A stretch of 64,000 nucleotides of DNA from an uncultured delta proteobacterium (GCA_963743305.1 CAVUPH010000014.1:96001-160000), one strand, 5' to 3'; shown: positions 32,192 through 43,070, counted from the first letter of the stretch. Notes: generated from the letters alone by a model not told the origin. Program-made: numbers and translations.

Positions 32192-32755
32192 CTACTTAAT
32201 CAACTTCTTGCCTACCTCCCAGGCAGGAGCCACATCGGGTCCCACGGCGGCATACATTTTCCGCGGTTGGATGAGCAGGAGGGGATTCATCTTCGCTATA
32301 TCAGGGGCCCCGGCGGTTAGGTACCGCTCCTCCGAGTAAGCGGCCACAATCTCTCCGATAAAGAGCTGTTCCATAGGCAGCTCCACGGTCTGGATAAGCC
32401 GGCATTCTATGCTGAATGGGCACTCCTTGATCATCGGCGCGGTTTTCAGCTTTCCATAGAAGGTCTCGAAAAGGGCCGATTTATCAACTTTTCGGCCCGA
32501 GACGATCCCGCAATAGTCCACCTTTTCCGCCATGTCGGCCGAAGGAATGTTGACACTGAAAGTCCTGTTTTCAGTAATACCGGAGTTGGTGTAGTGGGCC
32601 TTGTTCATACTCACCAGGACGTAGGCCGGTTTGGGATTAACCATGGTGAACCAAGCCACCGTGAGGAAATTCGCCTTCCCCTCCACGTTCGCGCCGACCA
32701 ACGAACAGGGCATGGGGTAATACAGCCGTTCTGCAGATACTTCGATCTTTTCCAT
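32192..32755 (-). CDS. Flavin reductase / flavoredoxin-family protein
   Basis: YPMPCSLVG, FSVNIPS, DYCGIVSG, APMIKECP. Confidence 0.9.
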   Translation of the reverse strand: MEKIEVSAERLYYPMPCSLVGANVEGKANFLTVAWFTMVNPKPAYVLVSMNKAHYTNSGITENRTFSVNIPSADMAEKVDYCGIVSGRKVDKSALFETFYGKLKTAPMIKECPFSIECRLIQTVELPMEQLFIGEIVAAYSEERYLTAGAPDIAKMNPLLLIQPRKMYAAVGPDVAPAWEVGKKLIK

Positions 32756-32784
32756 TGGGTTCTCCTTTTTGCTGAGGTCAGTAA

Positions 32785-33045
32785 AATTTTTGCCGGGTCA
32801 CTGCACAGGTAGGCAGCGAACTCTGCCGCCTCGCGCGATCCCACCAAGCGACCCAGCGGCACTTCCCGCTTCAACCGCTCGCGGAAGCGGGTCCCCCAGA
32901 GCGGCAAAGGTATCCCTCCACTCCGTCTCGGTCACCTCCGTGGCCGCGGTGGCGGGGGCCGACACGGCCAGGTTGACGACCAGCACATCAATCAGTCCGG
33001 CGGCCGTGACAACGGCGGCCGGTGCCTGGGGATCGACCAGCGGCG
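32785..33045 (-). pseudogene. Internally deleted SDR oxidoreductase remnant
   Basis: Fragments DVLVVNLAVSAP...EWRDTFAAL and RLKREVPLGRLV...AEFAAYLCSD in different frames. Confidence 0.65.
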
Positions 33046-33107
33046 ACGAGTTCCCCGGCTTCGATCTATTCCCTCACGACGCATCAGGATCGTCTCTAGC
33101 CCCATGG

Positions 33108-33692
33108 CTACTTTTCTTTGCCGGCCAGCGCGTTCTCAATACGTCGATCCGGCACCAGCCAAACCAGTGCAACCAATACGTAAAGACCTTGGGAGAGCCA
33201 GTGCGCCCAAAACGCCGTCGGGATGGCAATGAGGTAAATCAGGGGCGAGGCTTTTCCCTTCCAATCACTGCCGACAGCCTTCCGGAGGAGAGAGTCGGGA
33301 CCTTGTGCCGCAATGATAAATTGCTGCAGCATCCAGTAAGCGATCGCGGCCATTAACAGAACGACCCCATAGAAGGCCGAGGGTGCCGCGGCGAAGTGGT
33401 TCTCTCCCATCCAACCCGTGGCGAAAGGAAACAGGGATAGCCAGAACAACAGATGCAGGTTGGCCCAGAGCATCGGCCCCGTTACATGATGAGACGTCTG
33501 CAGCATATGGTGGTGGTTATTCCAGTAGATGCCGACGTAAACGAAGCTCAACACATAGCTCAAGAATACGGGTATCAACGGCGCGAGCGCCTCGAGGCTC
33601 TCGCCCTGCGGCACCTTCAATTCCAATACCATAATGGTGATGATGATGGCGATCACGCCGTCGCTGAAGGCTTCTAACCTGTTTTTACCCAT
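33108..33692 (-). CDS. TMEM175-family K+ channel
   Basis: RLEAFSDGVIAIIITIMVLEL, YWNNHH. Confidence 0.93.
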   Translation of the reverse strand: MGKNRLEAFSDGVIAIIITIMVLELKVPQGESLEALAPLIPVFLSYVLSFVYVGIYWNNHHHMLQTSHHVTGPMLWANLHLLFWLSLFPFATGWMGENHFAAAPSAFYGVVLLMAAIAYWMLQQFIIAAQGPDSLLRKAVGSDWKGKASPLIYLIAIPTAFWAHWLSQGLYVLVALVWLVPDRRIENALAGKEK

Positions 33693-33841
33693 TCAGATCC
33701 AGCTCTTTCTCAAAGAAATTACCGCCCAAATTCCATTCTGACCATTTCCAACAAATAGTATATCAAGAATTGGCCTGACCGTGGATGGTAATTAGTCTGG
33801 CCCAACGAAAATGGATCCTTTGGATCCGCGCCCTCCGCCGT

Positions 33842-34903
33842 CTACGGGTCCAGATGGATTTCTCCCACATCCTCCAGGCGGTCCGGCCGCCACCGGGGGC
33901 GGTCATCCTTGTCGATCAAACGGGCACGGACGCCTTCCAGGTAGTCGGAATGATTCAGCAGGAACCGCGAAGCCTTGAGGTCCATTGCGAATACTTCTTC
34001 CAGGGTACGTCCCTGGTTATGGCGCAGCAATTGCAGGGTAACGGTCAGGGCCGTGGGGGAGCGCTCGGACAAGCGCTGAAATATACCCTGGCAGAGATCG
34101 CTGAACAGGCTGCACTGGCGCAGGTCTTCCAGAAGCTCCGGGATCGAATCCTTCCCGGCCAGGGTGGTCCTGACCCAATCGTCCATTTCCGGCCGGGGCG
34201 GAATATCCTTGGCGATAAAAGGTTCAATCACCGCGGTGATCTGTCCCAGGGCTTCGACTTTGTCCCCGGGAAATCCCGCGGGTAGATTTTTCAGCCGTTC
34301 CATAAGGCCGGGCAGGTCTCCGGAAAAAACCAGGTGGGTGGCCAATCCCAGGCGCACGCTCTCCGTTCCCTGCACTTCATAGCCGGTCAGCCCCAGGTAT
34401 TCGGGGTAGCCGGGCGGGCATTTTTCAAAGAGCCAGCCGGTGGCGCCCACGTCGGGAAAGAAGCCGATGCGCGTCTCCGGCATGGCCATGCGGGTCCGCT
34501 CCGTGGCCACCACCAGATCGGCCCCGGCGGCCAGCCCCAGTCCGCCGCCCATGGTAATGCCATCGGCCAGTACTACCACGGGTTTGGGATAATGGTGCAG
34601 GCTGAGGTCCAGGGCGTATTCTTCCGAAAGAAGATGAAGCGCCTTATCCACCCGGCCTTCCCAGACATCCCGGGCCATGGCCTTGATGTCGCCCCCGGCG
34701 CAGAACCCTCTTTCCCCCGCGCCGTAGAAAAGCAGCAGCCCCACGGTTTCATCCTCAGCCGCCCGTTTTACGGCCTTCCGGATCAAAGCGATCATCTCGG
34801 AGGAAAGGCTGTTCAGGACTCCCGGCCGGTTGAGCAAAATGGTTTGCATCGGGCCGTCTTTAGCGATGAGCACCGGAGGAGCCGGATCGGATTTCAATTC
34901 CAT
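33842..34903 (-). CDS. 3-hydroxyisobutyryl-CoA hydrolase-like crotonase
   Basis: FCAGGDI, GITMGGGLG, MPETRIGFFPDVG, EGVRARLIDKD. Confidence 0.9.
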   Translation of the reverse strand: MELKSDPAPPVLIAKDGPMQTILLNRPGVLNSLSSEMIALIRKAVKRAAEDETVGLLLFYGAGERGFCAGGDIKAMARDVWEGRVDKALHLLSEEYALDLSLHHYPKPVVVLADGITMGGGLGLAAGADLVVATERTRMAMPETRIGFFPDVGATGWLFEKCPPGYPEYLGLTGYEVQGTESVRLGLATHLVFSGDLPGLMERLKNLPAGFPGDKVEALGQITAVIEPFIAKDIPPRPEMDDWVRTTLAGKDSIPELLEDLRQCSLFSDLCQGIFQRLSERSPTALTVTLQLLRHNQGRTLEEVFAMDLKASRFLLNHSDYLEGVRARLIDKDDRPRWRPDRLEDVGEIHLDP

Positions 34904-34941
34904 TTTGACCGGCCTTTCAAATAGTCCGGTTGCGCGGCGGG

Positions 34942-35397
34942 TCAGGGGCGTTTTTCACTGAAGGCACCAGCCGTTGCCGCCAGAGGAATGGCAAAGAGCA
35001 CTGCGAAAACTAAGTTGAGTGCGGCGTTCTGCCAGAAGTCGGACCACAAGGATATCGCCGTGTCTGGAACGAACCAAGCCGCCAGAGAAACGACGAGAGC
35101 AAGCCAACCCTGTTTCGAGCGTTGGCGGAAGGGGCCGAGGAGTACAAATAAGAGGGCGACCCCCCAGCCGACCATGACCGCACCCAGAACGCCATGAACG
35201 AGGGTGACATAGGCGACGGCAGGGGCGCCGAAGGTGGCCAGCCTCTCGGGTGATGAGTAGAGCAGCAGGCCAAAGAAGCGGCGGGCGAACTCTGGCGCGA
35301 CGATCAGGCTGATGCCGAAAAGTTGAACGCCCAAGGTGACCGCAACTAACCAACGCCACCAGAAGTGAAACTGCGAGGAACTTTGCACGTGGTGCAC
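34942..35397 (-). CDS. Hypothetical four-TM membrane protein (start uncertain)
   Basis: Hydrophobic ORF; WFVPDT...NAALN. Confidence 0.65.
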   Translation of the reverse strand: MHHVQSSSQFHFWWRWLVAVTLGVQLFGISLIVAPEFARRFFGLLLYSSPERLATFGAPAVAYVTLVHGVLGAVMVGWGVALLFVLLGPFRQRSKQGWLALVVSLAAWFVPDTAISLWSDFWQNAALNLVFAVLFAIPLAATAGAFSEKRP

Positions 35398-35417
35398 CTT
35401 ATACCGACGGTTAAGAC

Positions 35418-35448
35418 CAGCCAAAAATATTTCAAATATTTTTAGCTG
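35418..35448. repeat. AT-rich palindrome, copy 2
   Basis: CAGCCAAAAATATTTCAAATATTTTTAGCTG, near-identical to 22414-22448. Confidence 0.8.
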
Positions 35449-35482
35449 TAATAGAAACCACTTAACAGATCGCTCCTCGACC

Positions 35483-35935
35483 TCAAAGGTTTCGTTCCAG
35501 GTTGATGGTAGTGGAAGGGTTAAATTGATTCGCGCTAAAGAAATGGGTTAGTTTGGAATCATTTCTGTCGACCAGGGTGTTTACTTTTTGAACGCCGAGA
35601 CTTTTCAAGTGATCCATAAACTCATTAATCAACTGCTCACCGACTCCCTGATGCTGGTAAGCGGGATCAACGCCGATGGTATCCAGGGTGGCCTGTTGCT
35701 GGAAAATACCAAATTCTCCCATATAGAGTTCTCCCATAACAAACCCCACCACCGTTCCATCTTCTTCCTCCGCCACCAGCGACGTCGGCAAATATTCTTT
35801 GGATTTAAAAAGTCTTTCAAACTTCACTTCATAGTACATCGCCCGGGACGCCTGGAGTACTTTCTCGTCAATCCCAACCACGGCGTTCAAATCGTCAGCC
35901 TTCATGAGTCTAATTTTTCTGCTGTTCTTGTTCAT
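35483..35935 (-). CDS. GNAT acetyltransferase
   Basis: IGVDPAYQHQGVG motif A. Confidence 0.88.
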   Translation of the reverse strand: MNKNSRKIRLMKADDLNAVVGIDEKVLQASRAMYYEVKFERLFKSKEYLPTSLVAEEEDGTVVGFVMGELYMGEFGIFQQQATLDTIGVDPAYQHQGVGEQLINEFMDHLKSLGVQKVNTLVDRNDSKLTHFFSANQFNPSTTINLERNL

Positions 35936-35993
35936 GGGGACTCCTTTCTCATTCGGGTCAGATCTTGTTTTTGAACGATAAGGGTAATTATTC

Positions 35994-36027
35994 CCCGGTC
36001 CCGCTGATGTTATAGGCGGGACCGGGA
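35994..36027. terminator. Hairpin downstream of amidohydrolase
   Basis: CCCGGTCCCGC...GCGGGACCGGG. Confidence 0.55.
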
Positions 36028-36107
36028 TGACGGCCAGGGGTCAATTCCAGGACTGACTCAGTGGAGTCAACGGCATTGAGTCCGACTCCCCGTTTCTCTT
36101 CCCGGGT

Positions 36108-37627
36108 TTATTTCTCCTTCCCGGGAACAGCTTCCGGGTCAAATCCGTACAAGTCCTTAAAAGTGGGCACTTTCAGATTAGCGGGTATGGGGTGAAAATA
36201 CTTCGTTTCGGCAAGATAACCCTTATGCTCTTTCCAGGCCTGAGCAATGATTTCAGGCTTGACCAGGAGTTCCAATGCGGATACGGCCATCCATTTGCTG
36301 ACGGTCATTCCCGCCTTGACCGCCGGCGGGGTGTCCGTCTGACAAACCATCAGCCAAGAATGAAGCGGTGTTCCCTTGGCCTGGGTCGCGACCCGGTAGG
36401 TGAGCGTGGGCATCATCCAGCTCACGTTTCCCTGATCGGTGGAAGCTTTCGCCACAAAGACCTTGGGAAATGTTTTACTTAGATCGGGGGCGGTAATGGT
36501 GGTATCGAACGCCGGCCCTTTGACTTCTTTCCCCAGCGCTTTGATGATTTGCTCCCCGAATTTCTGATCCTCATCGGTAAAGGGGGGGCCCCGACCTTTC
36601 GGGCATTTTCGTCGCCCAGTTTGCACAGGACTTTATTGGGAAGCACTTCCCAGACCGAGCTCAGAATCTTATAGCTCATCGTCGTCTGGGTCATTAAGGC
36701 CGCGCCTCGCGCCACGTCCTGCATCCATTTCCAGATCTGATCGACCTGGGTCATGCGGGGCGCCCTGATGTAATACCAGACTTCCGCATCCGGCGGCACG
36801 TTATTCGGAACCTCTCCGCCCTTGGTGATGACATACATGATCCGGGCTTCCTGGACAACATGTTCTCGCATGTAGTTCATTCCCACATTCATGAGTTCCA
36901 CGGCGTCCAATGCGCTCCGCCCCATTTCGGGTGCAGCGGCGGCATGGGCGGATTTCCCTTTAAATTGAAACTTGACGCTGGTCATGGCCAACATGGAATT
37001 ATTCTCCGGACCGTTGGTATCTCCCGGGTGCCAGGAAAGCATGATGTCTGTTCCATCGAAAACGCCGTCTCTGGCCATAAAGACCTTACCCACCAACGTC
37101 TCCTCCGCCGGAGTCCCGAAGACCTTCAAGGTCCCCTTTATGCCCTGTTTCTCCATGGCCACCTTGGCAGCAATGGCAGCCGTGGCGCTCGAAGTCCCAA
37201 AAAGGTTGTGGCCACAGCCGTGTCCGGGGCCTCCCGGGACAATCTCCGTTTTGGTCAGCGAACCTTTCACCTGAGAAAGGTTCGGTAGTGCATCAAACTC
37301 TGCCAGAAACCCGATAACCGGTTTCCCCGAGCCCCAGGTTGCCACGAAAGCCGTTGGCATTCCCGCCACTCCCTTTTCGATCTTGAATCCGTTCTTCGCC
37401 AAATAGTCCTGCAATTTCGCAGACGATTTGAACTCAACCAGACTCAACTCCGGATTGTTCCAGAGATATCCCGCAATTTCCTCATAGGTCGCCTTCCCTT
37501 TATCCACCCAATCGGTGGCCATCTTGCCGGCCTGGTTCAAGTCTTGACCGAAGGTTGGAAGAATTGAAAAGACCAGGACAAAAAGCAAAATACCCCCCAG
37601 ACAAAAACCCGATCGTTTGTTACCCAT
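36108..37627 (-). CDS. Exported M20 amidohydrolase (AbgB-like), frameshift in G/C homopolymer near 36585
   Basis: NPELS, EFDALP, GHGCGHN, GTPAEE, ASTDQGNVSW; adding 1 nt gives 506 aa. Confidence 0.88.
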
Positions 37628-37929
37628 GATAAGGCCCTCTCTCTTTCTATTATTTATATTATTTGGCTATTCTGCGAGAAACCGCTCTCTGCCGCTTCAA
37701 TCTCCCCATTGGGCGGAAATGGACCTATCAATACCGGCCCACGAACCGGAGTCGGATCGTCTCTTCCGTGCGACCGGGAAGGGGGCGGACCAGACTCATC
37801 TCTTTTAATACCAGAAAAAATGCGCTAATTAAAAGCAATAATTTAACTTAAACGGTTAGGCCGCAAGTCGACGATCAGTGACCTTGTTGAGTCCGACCCC
37901 GATTCTCGGAAGACAGGGAGCTTCAAAAT

Positions 37930-38086
37930 TGATGACCTCGCAAAAAGTCAAAAGACGACTTTCTGCTCGGCGGGGGAGGGCTTCCCCTCCCCCGCCATTT
38001 GAAGTGAATTCAAATGGTCCCACCCCTACCCCAGCCCGGCGCTTAATCGTGCTCGGGCTGCTGACGGACTTATTGCGAGTCCGTCA
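37930..38086 (-). mobile_element. MITE-like dispersed repeat, copy 2
   Basis: Reverse copy flanked by a 4-bp direct repeat AAAT. Confidence 0.88.
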
Positions 38087-38322
38087 AAATTATTAAATAA
38101 ATAGTCTTTCCCCTCCGGAGTGAAAAATTTTCCTATCAAGGGGAAGGTTTTTCGCTGTCCCCTCCAAAAGATACCTGTCCGGGGGAGCTGGATACTAAGG
38201 GCACAAGTTCAGGGGAACAGATTCCAGCAATCCTTTAACTATAAAATATTTTTACATTTTTTTCACCGACCCACCGGCCGGTCCGCCAACTTGCCAAAAG
38301 AAATCGGTTTCGGGTTTCCCTC

Positions 38323-38338
38323 CGGCACGCTTCTTGAA
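38323..38338 (+). promoter_or_regulatory. Possible sigma54 -24/-12 promoter
   Basis: CGGCACGCTTCTTGAA (GG-N10-GA) about 45 nt before the EF-hand gene. Confidence 0.45.
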
Positions 38339-38383
38339 GTAACAGGGAGTTTTAAAAACAGAAACAAAAAAGGGGGCGATCCC

Positions 38384-39262
38384 ATGAATACCATCAGCCA
38401 AGTCATCTCTGGACTGGCGGCGCAAAATGTAGCCAAGAATTATGACAGTTTTCAAACCCAAAACGCCCTAAATACACAGGAAGGAACTGAAACGAATTCA
38501 TTTCTTTCTATTTTTAAACAATTGGATGTTAATGCCGACGATTCGCTTGATACCAATGAATTGAATCTCGGCCTTGAAGGGTTTATTTCCAATTTTATCT
38601 TTCAACGGGATCTGGATGGAAATCAAGCCATCAGTGCCGAAGAGGCCGGGACCTCAACGGACGTTATCTCAAATTTAGACACCAATTCGGACCAGTTGGT
38701 GGACGGCAAGGAAATTAATACGGAAGCAGGCCGGATCCTGGATGGACTGGTATCGATTCTGGACACCAACAGCGACAAGGCCCTGTCGAGGAAAGAGCTG
38801 TCCATCTTTGAACTGCTTTTCAGCAGCAGTCCTTCAACGGATGCCGATACGAACACCATCTTTGACCGCAGCAGCTCTTCCGCGGGTGAAAACCTGGAGT
38901 TGGACATGAGCACCATCCCGGATCGCATGAGAGCGGCAGGGTTTCAGGGATCAGACAACGCGTTGTACTATGCTTTGGCTCATGTTTATAATATTGGCCC
39001 GGGTCAGGAAATGCCGGATGATGACGCCGGATCGTTAGCCGTCCTAAACACTCAGCGAGACGCGATTTACAACTGGTTTGATGGCGAGGTAGCCAAGGTT
39101 AAAAACATCTTAAAAACGAACCCCCAGGCCACTTTAACGGCGATAACCAATGATGGACGGGACCGCTGTGGATTTCGGCTTGGCCCCGCGATTGTGGACC
39201 GGTTGAAGGAGTTTGGAAACCGCGTGCAATTGGGGACCATCCTTCCCGATACTGAGTATTAG
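38384..39262 (+). CDS. Acidic protein with four EF-hand-like loops
   Basis: DVNADDSLDTNE, DLDGNQAISAEE, DTNSDQLVDGKE, DTNSDKALSRKE. Confidence 0.75.
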   Translation: MNTISQVISGLAAQNVAKNYDSFQTQNALNTQEGTETNSFLSIFKQLDVNADDSLDTNELNLGLEGFISNFIFQRDLDGNQAISAEEAGTSTDVISNLDTNSDQLVDGKEINTEAGRILDGLVSILDTNSDKALSRKELSIFELLFSSSPSTDADTNTIFDRSSSSAGENLELDMSTIPDRMRAAGFQGSDNALYYALAHVYNIGPGQEMPDDDAGSLAVLNTQRDAIYNWFDGEVAKVKNILKTNPQATLTAITNDGRDRCGFRLGPAIVDRLKEFGNRVQLGTILPDTEY

Positions 39263-39327
39263 GTTTGCGCTGACCCGGGCAGTATCATCCATCGGCCGTT
39301 CCTAATTCGTTGGGTGCGGCGTCCGTC

Positions 39328-39795
39328 CTATTCCTCGGTGAATGGTATGCCGGCTTCTTCCAGGGCTTCACGGGCAATTCTCTCGAGCGCGTGTTCTTTA
39401 AATTCGAACCACTCGTCCCGTAGGCCATGTTGATTTACCACCTCCTTGAAGTATCGAAAGGCACCCCGGCCATGAATGGCCCGCAGAAGGTTTTCGGCCC
39501 CTTCCCGATCTGTTTGTGATTGAGCGAAATCCCGCATTATCTCCCACTCGTTAATCTCGAACTTGCCCGGCAGGGCTATCCAGACCTCGCTATCCAGGAC
39601 CTCTCTGGCTTTGGCAGCGGATTCCAGTTCCCAATCCGCCAGCTCGTCCTCTTCTTCCCCGCCCTCGGCCTGCGCGGCCTCTTCATCCGAGAACGAATAT
39701 AGCTCGCCCGTCTCGCGATGGATGTATGCCGACCACCCCTCGGGCAGCGCCTCCAGCTCTTCAGCCACCTGCTTCAGCGAAACTGGAATTCCCAT
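39328..39795 (-). CDS. UPF0158-family protein
   Basis: EWEIMRDF, AIHGRGAFRYFK, DEWFEF. Confidence 0.85.
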   Translation of the reverse strand: MGIPVSLKQVAEELEALPEGWSAYIHRETGELYSFSDEEAAQAEGGEEEDELADWELESAAKAREVLDSEVWIALPGKFEINEWEIMRDFAQSQTDREGAENLLRAIHGRGAFRYFKEVVNQHGLRDEWFEFKEHALERIAREALEEAGIPFTEE

Positions 39796-39960
39796 CGTTT
39801 AACCTCCTAGATTCTCCTTATTAGGGGCAAAAAGGGCAGTTTAAGTTCTCATTTGCCTATCACGTTTAATAGAATTTTGTGAAAATTCAAATGGTTCTCC
39901 TGGTACGACCCCGATCCTTAGGGTAGCGCAAAGCTATTACAGACTAACCAATCCCTTTCA

Positions 39961-40470
39961 TTACTCCGGAAGGTATGGGATGAGCCCCCGGGCATAGGCG
40001 GCCTCTTGGAGATCACGGGGCAGATGCCGGACATCGACGATCAAACCGTTGACCATGATCATCCAGACCATGGGGTTGTCTGCCAATTTGCTGGGACGGC
40101 ACCACCGAGGATCCAGTTGGCCCATGCCCAGGACGTCCCGGACCTTCTTGGATTTGGCCGCCCCTGTGCTTTTGCTGACGCGAAAGGCTGCACAGAGATC
40201 CCCTGCGCTCATCGAGGGAGTCTGACTTTTATCGAACAGAAAATTTGCAGACCCCAGGGCATAGACAATCCCGCAAGCCCATGTTTCCACATACCCGGTG
40301 GCGAGCGGCGATGGACGTCGACGGCACAAGGCCGCCGTGGCTTGACGGGCCAGTTGCGCATATTCCTCATCCAAATGGGTTTTGCAGAAAATATCGGTCA
40401 GGGTTACAATGGCATCGAAGATGCCCTGCATGTGCTTGGGAACTTTTTCTGATTGGCTGATTCTGGTCAT
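39961..40470 (-). CDS. DUF6398-like hypothetical protein
   Basis: FCKTHLDEEY, WACGIVYALGSANFLFD. Confidence 0.75.
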   Translation of the reverse strand: MTRISQSEKVPKHMQGIFDAIVTLTDIFCKTHLDEEYAQLARQATAALCRRRPSPLATGYVETWACGIVYALGSANFLFDKSQTPSMSAGDLCAAFRVSKSTGAAKSKKVRDVLGMGQLDPRWCRPSKLADNPMVWMIMVNGLIVDVRHLPRDLQEAAYARGLIPYLPE

Positions 40471-40652
40471 CTTAGCCTCGAGTCGGTCGCCATAGATTGA
40501 TTAATAAGAACGAAGGTTTAGGTAGCCGGTAATCGTCGCTTCTTTCAATGTTGTGATTCAGATTTTTGTGGTTTAATTTTTTTACTCGAAATGCCCCATT
40601 TCTTCAAGTAGTTGTTTTATAATGAAAATAATTATATCCGCATGGAAGTGTT

Positions 40653-41066
40653 TTGATGAAGCGACAGGAATGGATGGATGCAGCAGAAAGGCCATTGGGC
40701 TCCTGGGCTGTTTTTATCGGTGAAGATGGACCGAGAACCGAGAAGATCACCGGGCGACTCTATGTTACCACCCGAAATGTATATTTTGATGCGGGCCTGC
40801 GACTCGATCGGGATGCCGGACTCATGATGGGTGGTGGGAGCCTGGATTTTCAAGGTGATGCGGAGCCTCCTTTCCAGATGATGCAGGAGCGAGTGAAGAT
40901 CGCCCGGGACCTGATTCAGCAGGTGACCACTTCCCGCAAATGGTTGATCCTCGGTTCATTGCATCTGCACCTCTACGGTGGACAGGAATTAATATTTCGT
41001 TTTGGAGCCTGTCCCCTTAGAGGCGCCCTTTCCGCGCTCAAGACCACTACCCTTGCAACCGCATGA
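40653..41066 (+). CDS. Hypothetical protein (PH/GRAM-like)
   Basis: ITGRLYVTTRNVYF beta-strand pattern. Confidence 0.55.
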   Translation: MMKRQEWMDAAERPLGSWAVFIGEDGPRTEKITGRLYVTTRNVYFDAGLRLDRDAGLMMGGGSLDFQGDAEPPFQMMQERVKIARDLIQQVTTSRKWLILGSLHLHLYGGQELIFRFGACPLRGALSALKTTTLATA

Positions 41067-41172
41067 TTCTGTTCAGGCGGCTTGAGCCTTTCGCCGGAGT
41101 CGGACCCAATGACGTTTTGGAAGGGCTTGTGAATTGCCCTGAACGACACCGCGTATCAGTAAAACCGGATCA

Positions 41173-41355
41173 CCATTTTTCTCGAGATCGTCAGGAATAT
41201 CGAAGAAAAAGTCGTGGCCTGGAAAAACGCCGCCGGGGACGTCCACCCAAGTACTCCTCTCCCCAGCCTAAGACTATAGAACCCAAAACCCTTAAAGATT
41301 GCAAAAAACAGGCTTTTCCTGTTGAGTTAACGGCATTGTGTCCGTCCTCCCCTAT
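41173..41355 (+). mobile_element. 3' remnant of a Y1/RAYT-like transposase with its flank, copy 1
   Basis: Degenerate ..NIEEK..LEKRRRGRPPK; direct repeat with 43753-43928. Confidence 0.55.
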
Positions 41356-41765
41356 CAGATCAAGGTCTTGGTAATTATTTCCAAACCTTGAATATTTTCG
41401 AAATCTCTGGCGTTGTGGGTTACAAAGGGGACCGAATGCCTGACGGCGCAGGCGGCTATCCAGGCGTCATTGGACGTTATAGGCCTTCCTTTCCTTTCTC
41501 TTTCGACAAGTACAAGGGCATACCTTCTCGAAATTTCATAATCATAGGGAATAATCAAAAAATTTCGCAAGGTTGTTTCCAGCTTCAGCTTTCTTTCCGG
41601 CCCCCAACCGGCCTTTTCCGCTCCGTACAATAACTCCCCTACCGTAACAAAACTAATGGCCAGAATTTTCCCTTTAAGATCTTCGGAATACAAACGGGCC
41701 TCGGCCTGACCACGCATCAGGTAAGACACTATATTGGTGTCTATCATCAACTGTGGCGTGGTCAT
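41355..41765 (-). CDS. vapC: PIN-domain (VapC) ribonuclease
   Basis: IDTNIVS, VTVGEL, NDAWIAA, VTHNARDF. Confidence 0.9.
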   Translation of the reverse strand: MTTPQLMIDTNIVSYLMRGQAEARLYSEDLKGKILAISFVTVGELLYGAEKAGWGPERKLKLETTLRNFLIIPYDYEISRRYALVLVERERKGRPITSNDAWIAACAVRHSVPFVTHNARDFENIQGLEIITKTLI

Positions 41766-42763
41766 TATTGGCTTTCTATAAGCATGTTTTGTTTCCGAAG
41801 GCCCATTACTATTTCTTCAAATCCATCGTCCGGGGAACCGGGCCAGGTTCCGAAGAGGGTGGAAACATCGTTTATCGGCTGAGCATCCTGGGCTTGGGCC
41901 AATTCTTCAAGTGACATTGACTTCCAGAAATCAATCGGAATCGGAGTGCCTTGTGGTATTAAGTCAAGCCTTTCTTTTTCGCGATCCTCCAATCGTTGGA
42001 TATCGTGTATCACGATGCTGGTTATTTTCCCCGAAATAGGATCTTCCTTGGCCTCGCCGATTACCTTGACAAATTGCAAAATATTTTCCAATACTTCTTC
42101 TTTTTGGGATTCGTTGAAAAGGCAGATGATGGGGTCCCCAACAGAGGGATGGATACGGCACCGGGTTCCGTGCTCTTTAAAATCGGCCATCAAAAGGCGC
42201 CCCTCAACGGTCCTAATGGTCAGACTTGGACCTTGAATCCGATTCTGAACGCGACGGAATCCCTCCTCCGTATATCGAGCAGTAACCGGATGGGGCCGAT
42301 GATTGAGGGTAAAGGTTACTTCGGAAATCCCTTGCTCGAAGACCACCCCCAAATCACGGCAAGCCAATAACACTCCGACATCAAAACCGTAGGGCATCTC
42401 CCCAATTTCGCTTTGGATTTGTCCCAAACCTTCAATGGATTTTTCAATAATTTCCAAGCCGAAATCGATACCTTCCAGGACCTCCTGCCGGCATGATCTT
42501 TCCAGTCCCAGAACCACCGCCGGACTGCCATGAGTCACTTCCACCAAGTCCAAGGCAGTTAAGTCTTTGATACTTTGCTGAAACCGTCCTTTCCGTATAC
42601 TCTCAGCTTCACCGTTTATTACTCTTCCAACCCGGTTAATCATTTTGCTTAATTCGTTTAATAAACGAAGTAAATGTGGGACGGGAATACGACCAGACAC
42701 TATGGACGGACCGGCCAAACAAACAGAAAAAAAACGTTTGGTATCAGTCGTCAAAATAATCAC
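41765..42763 (-). CDS. Hypothetical 332-aa protein translationally coupled to vapC
   Basis: TAATG overlap; C-terminal LEELAQAQ...FGTWP..DDGFEE tail. Confidence 0.75.
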   Translation of the reverse strand: MIILTTDTKRFFSVCLAGPSIVSGRIPVPHLLRLLNELSKMINRVGRVINGEAESIRKGRFQQSIKDLTALDLVEVTHGSPAVVLGLERSCRQEVLEGIDFGLEIIEKSIEGLGQIQSEIGEMPYGFDVGVLLACRDLGVVFEQGISEVTFTLNHRPHPVTARYTEEGFRRVQNRIQGPSLTIRTVEGRLLMADFKEHGTRCRIHPSVGDPIICLFNESQKEEVLENILQFVKVIGEAKEDPISGKITSIVIHDIQRLEDREKERLDLIPQGTPIPIDFWKSMSLEELAQAQDAQPINDVSTLFGTWPGSPDDGFEEIVMGLRKQNMLIESQ

Positions 42764-42999
42764 CTCCCAACACTTAATTCGCTTTTAGGCTAAAAGGCCG
42801 GTTTAAATTGGTTCTGAGATAACGGATTGGGTCTATTAACTTATTGAAATGACTAGTAGCATAACATAAAATGCTTCTCTTGAAAATAAATCATTTACAA
42901 CCATTTTAAATTGGCGCACCAGCATCACGGAGAATTGCGATGAGTTCAGACTTCATTTTGTTTGGGATTTCTGCGGCCTTGGATATGGGCACACATTAA

Positions 43000-43070
43000 A
43001 AAGACCCCCTTTTTACGAGATCGAGCGCGTTGCTGGTTTCGGTGACCTGCTGGGACCAGCGTTCGATCAT
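43000..43070 (-). pseudogene. Possible DUF3175 N-terminal fragment
   Basis: RWSQQVTETSNALDL followed by frameshift/stop. Confidence 0.4.

Noticed and set aside
39300-39330. attC after the UPF0158 gene
   Set aside because: Only an R''-like ACCCAAC is present, with no matching stem or R' box.
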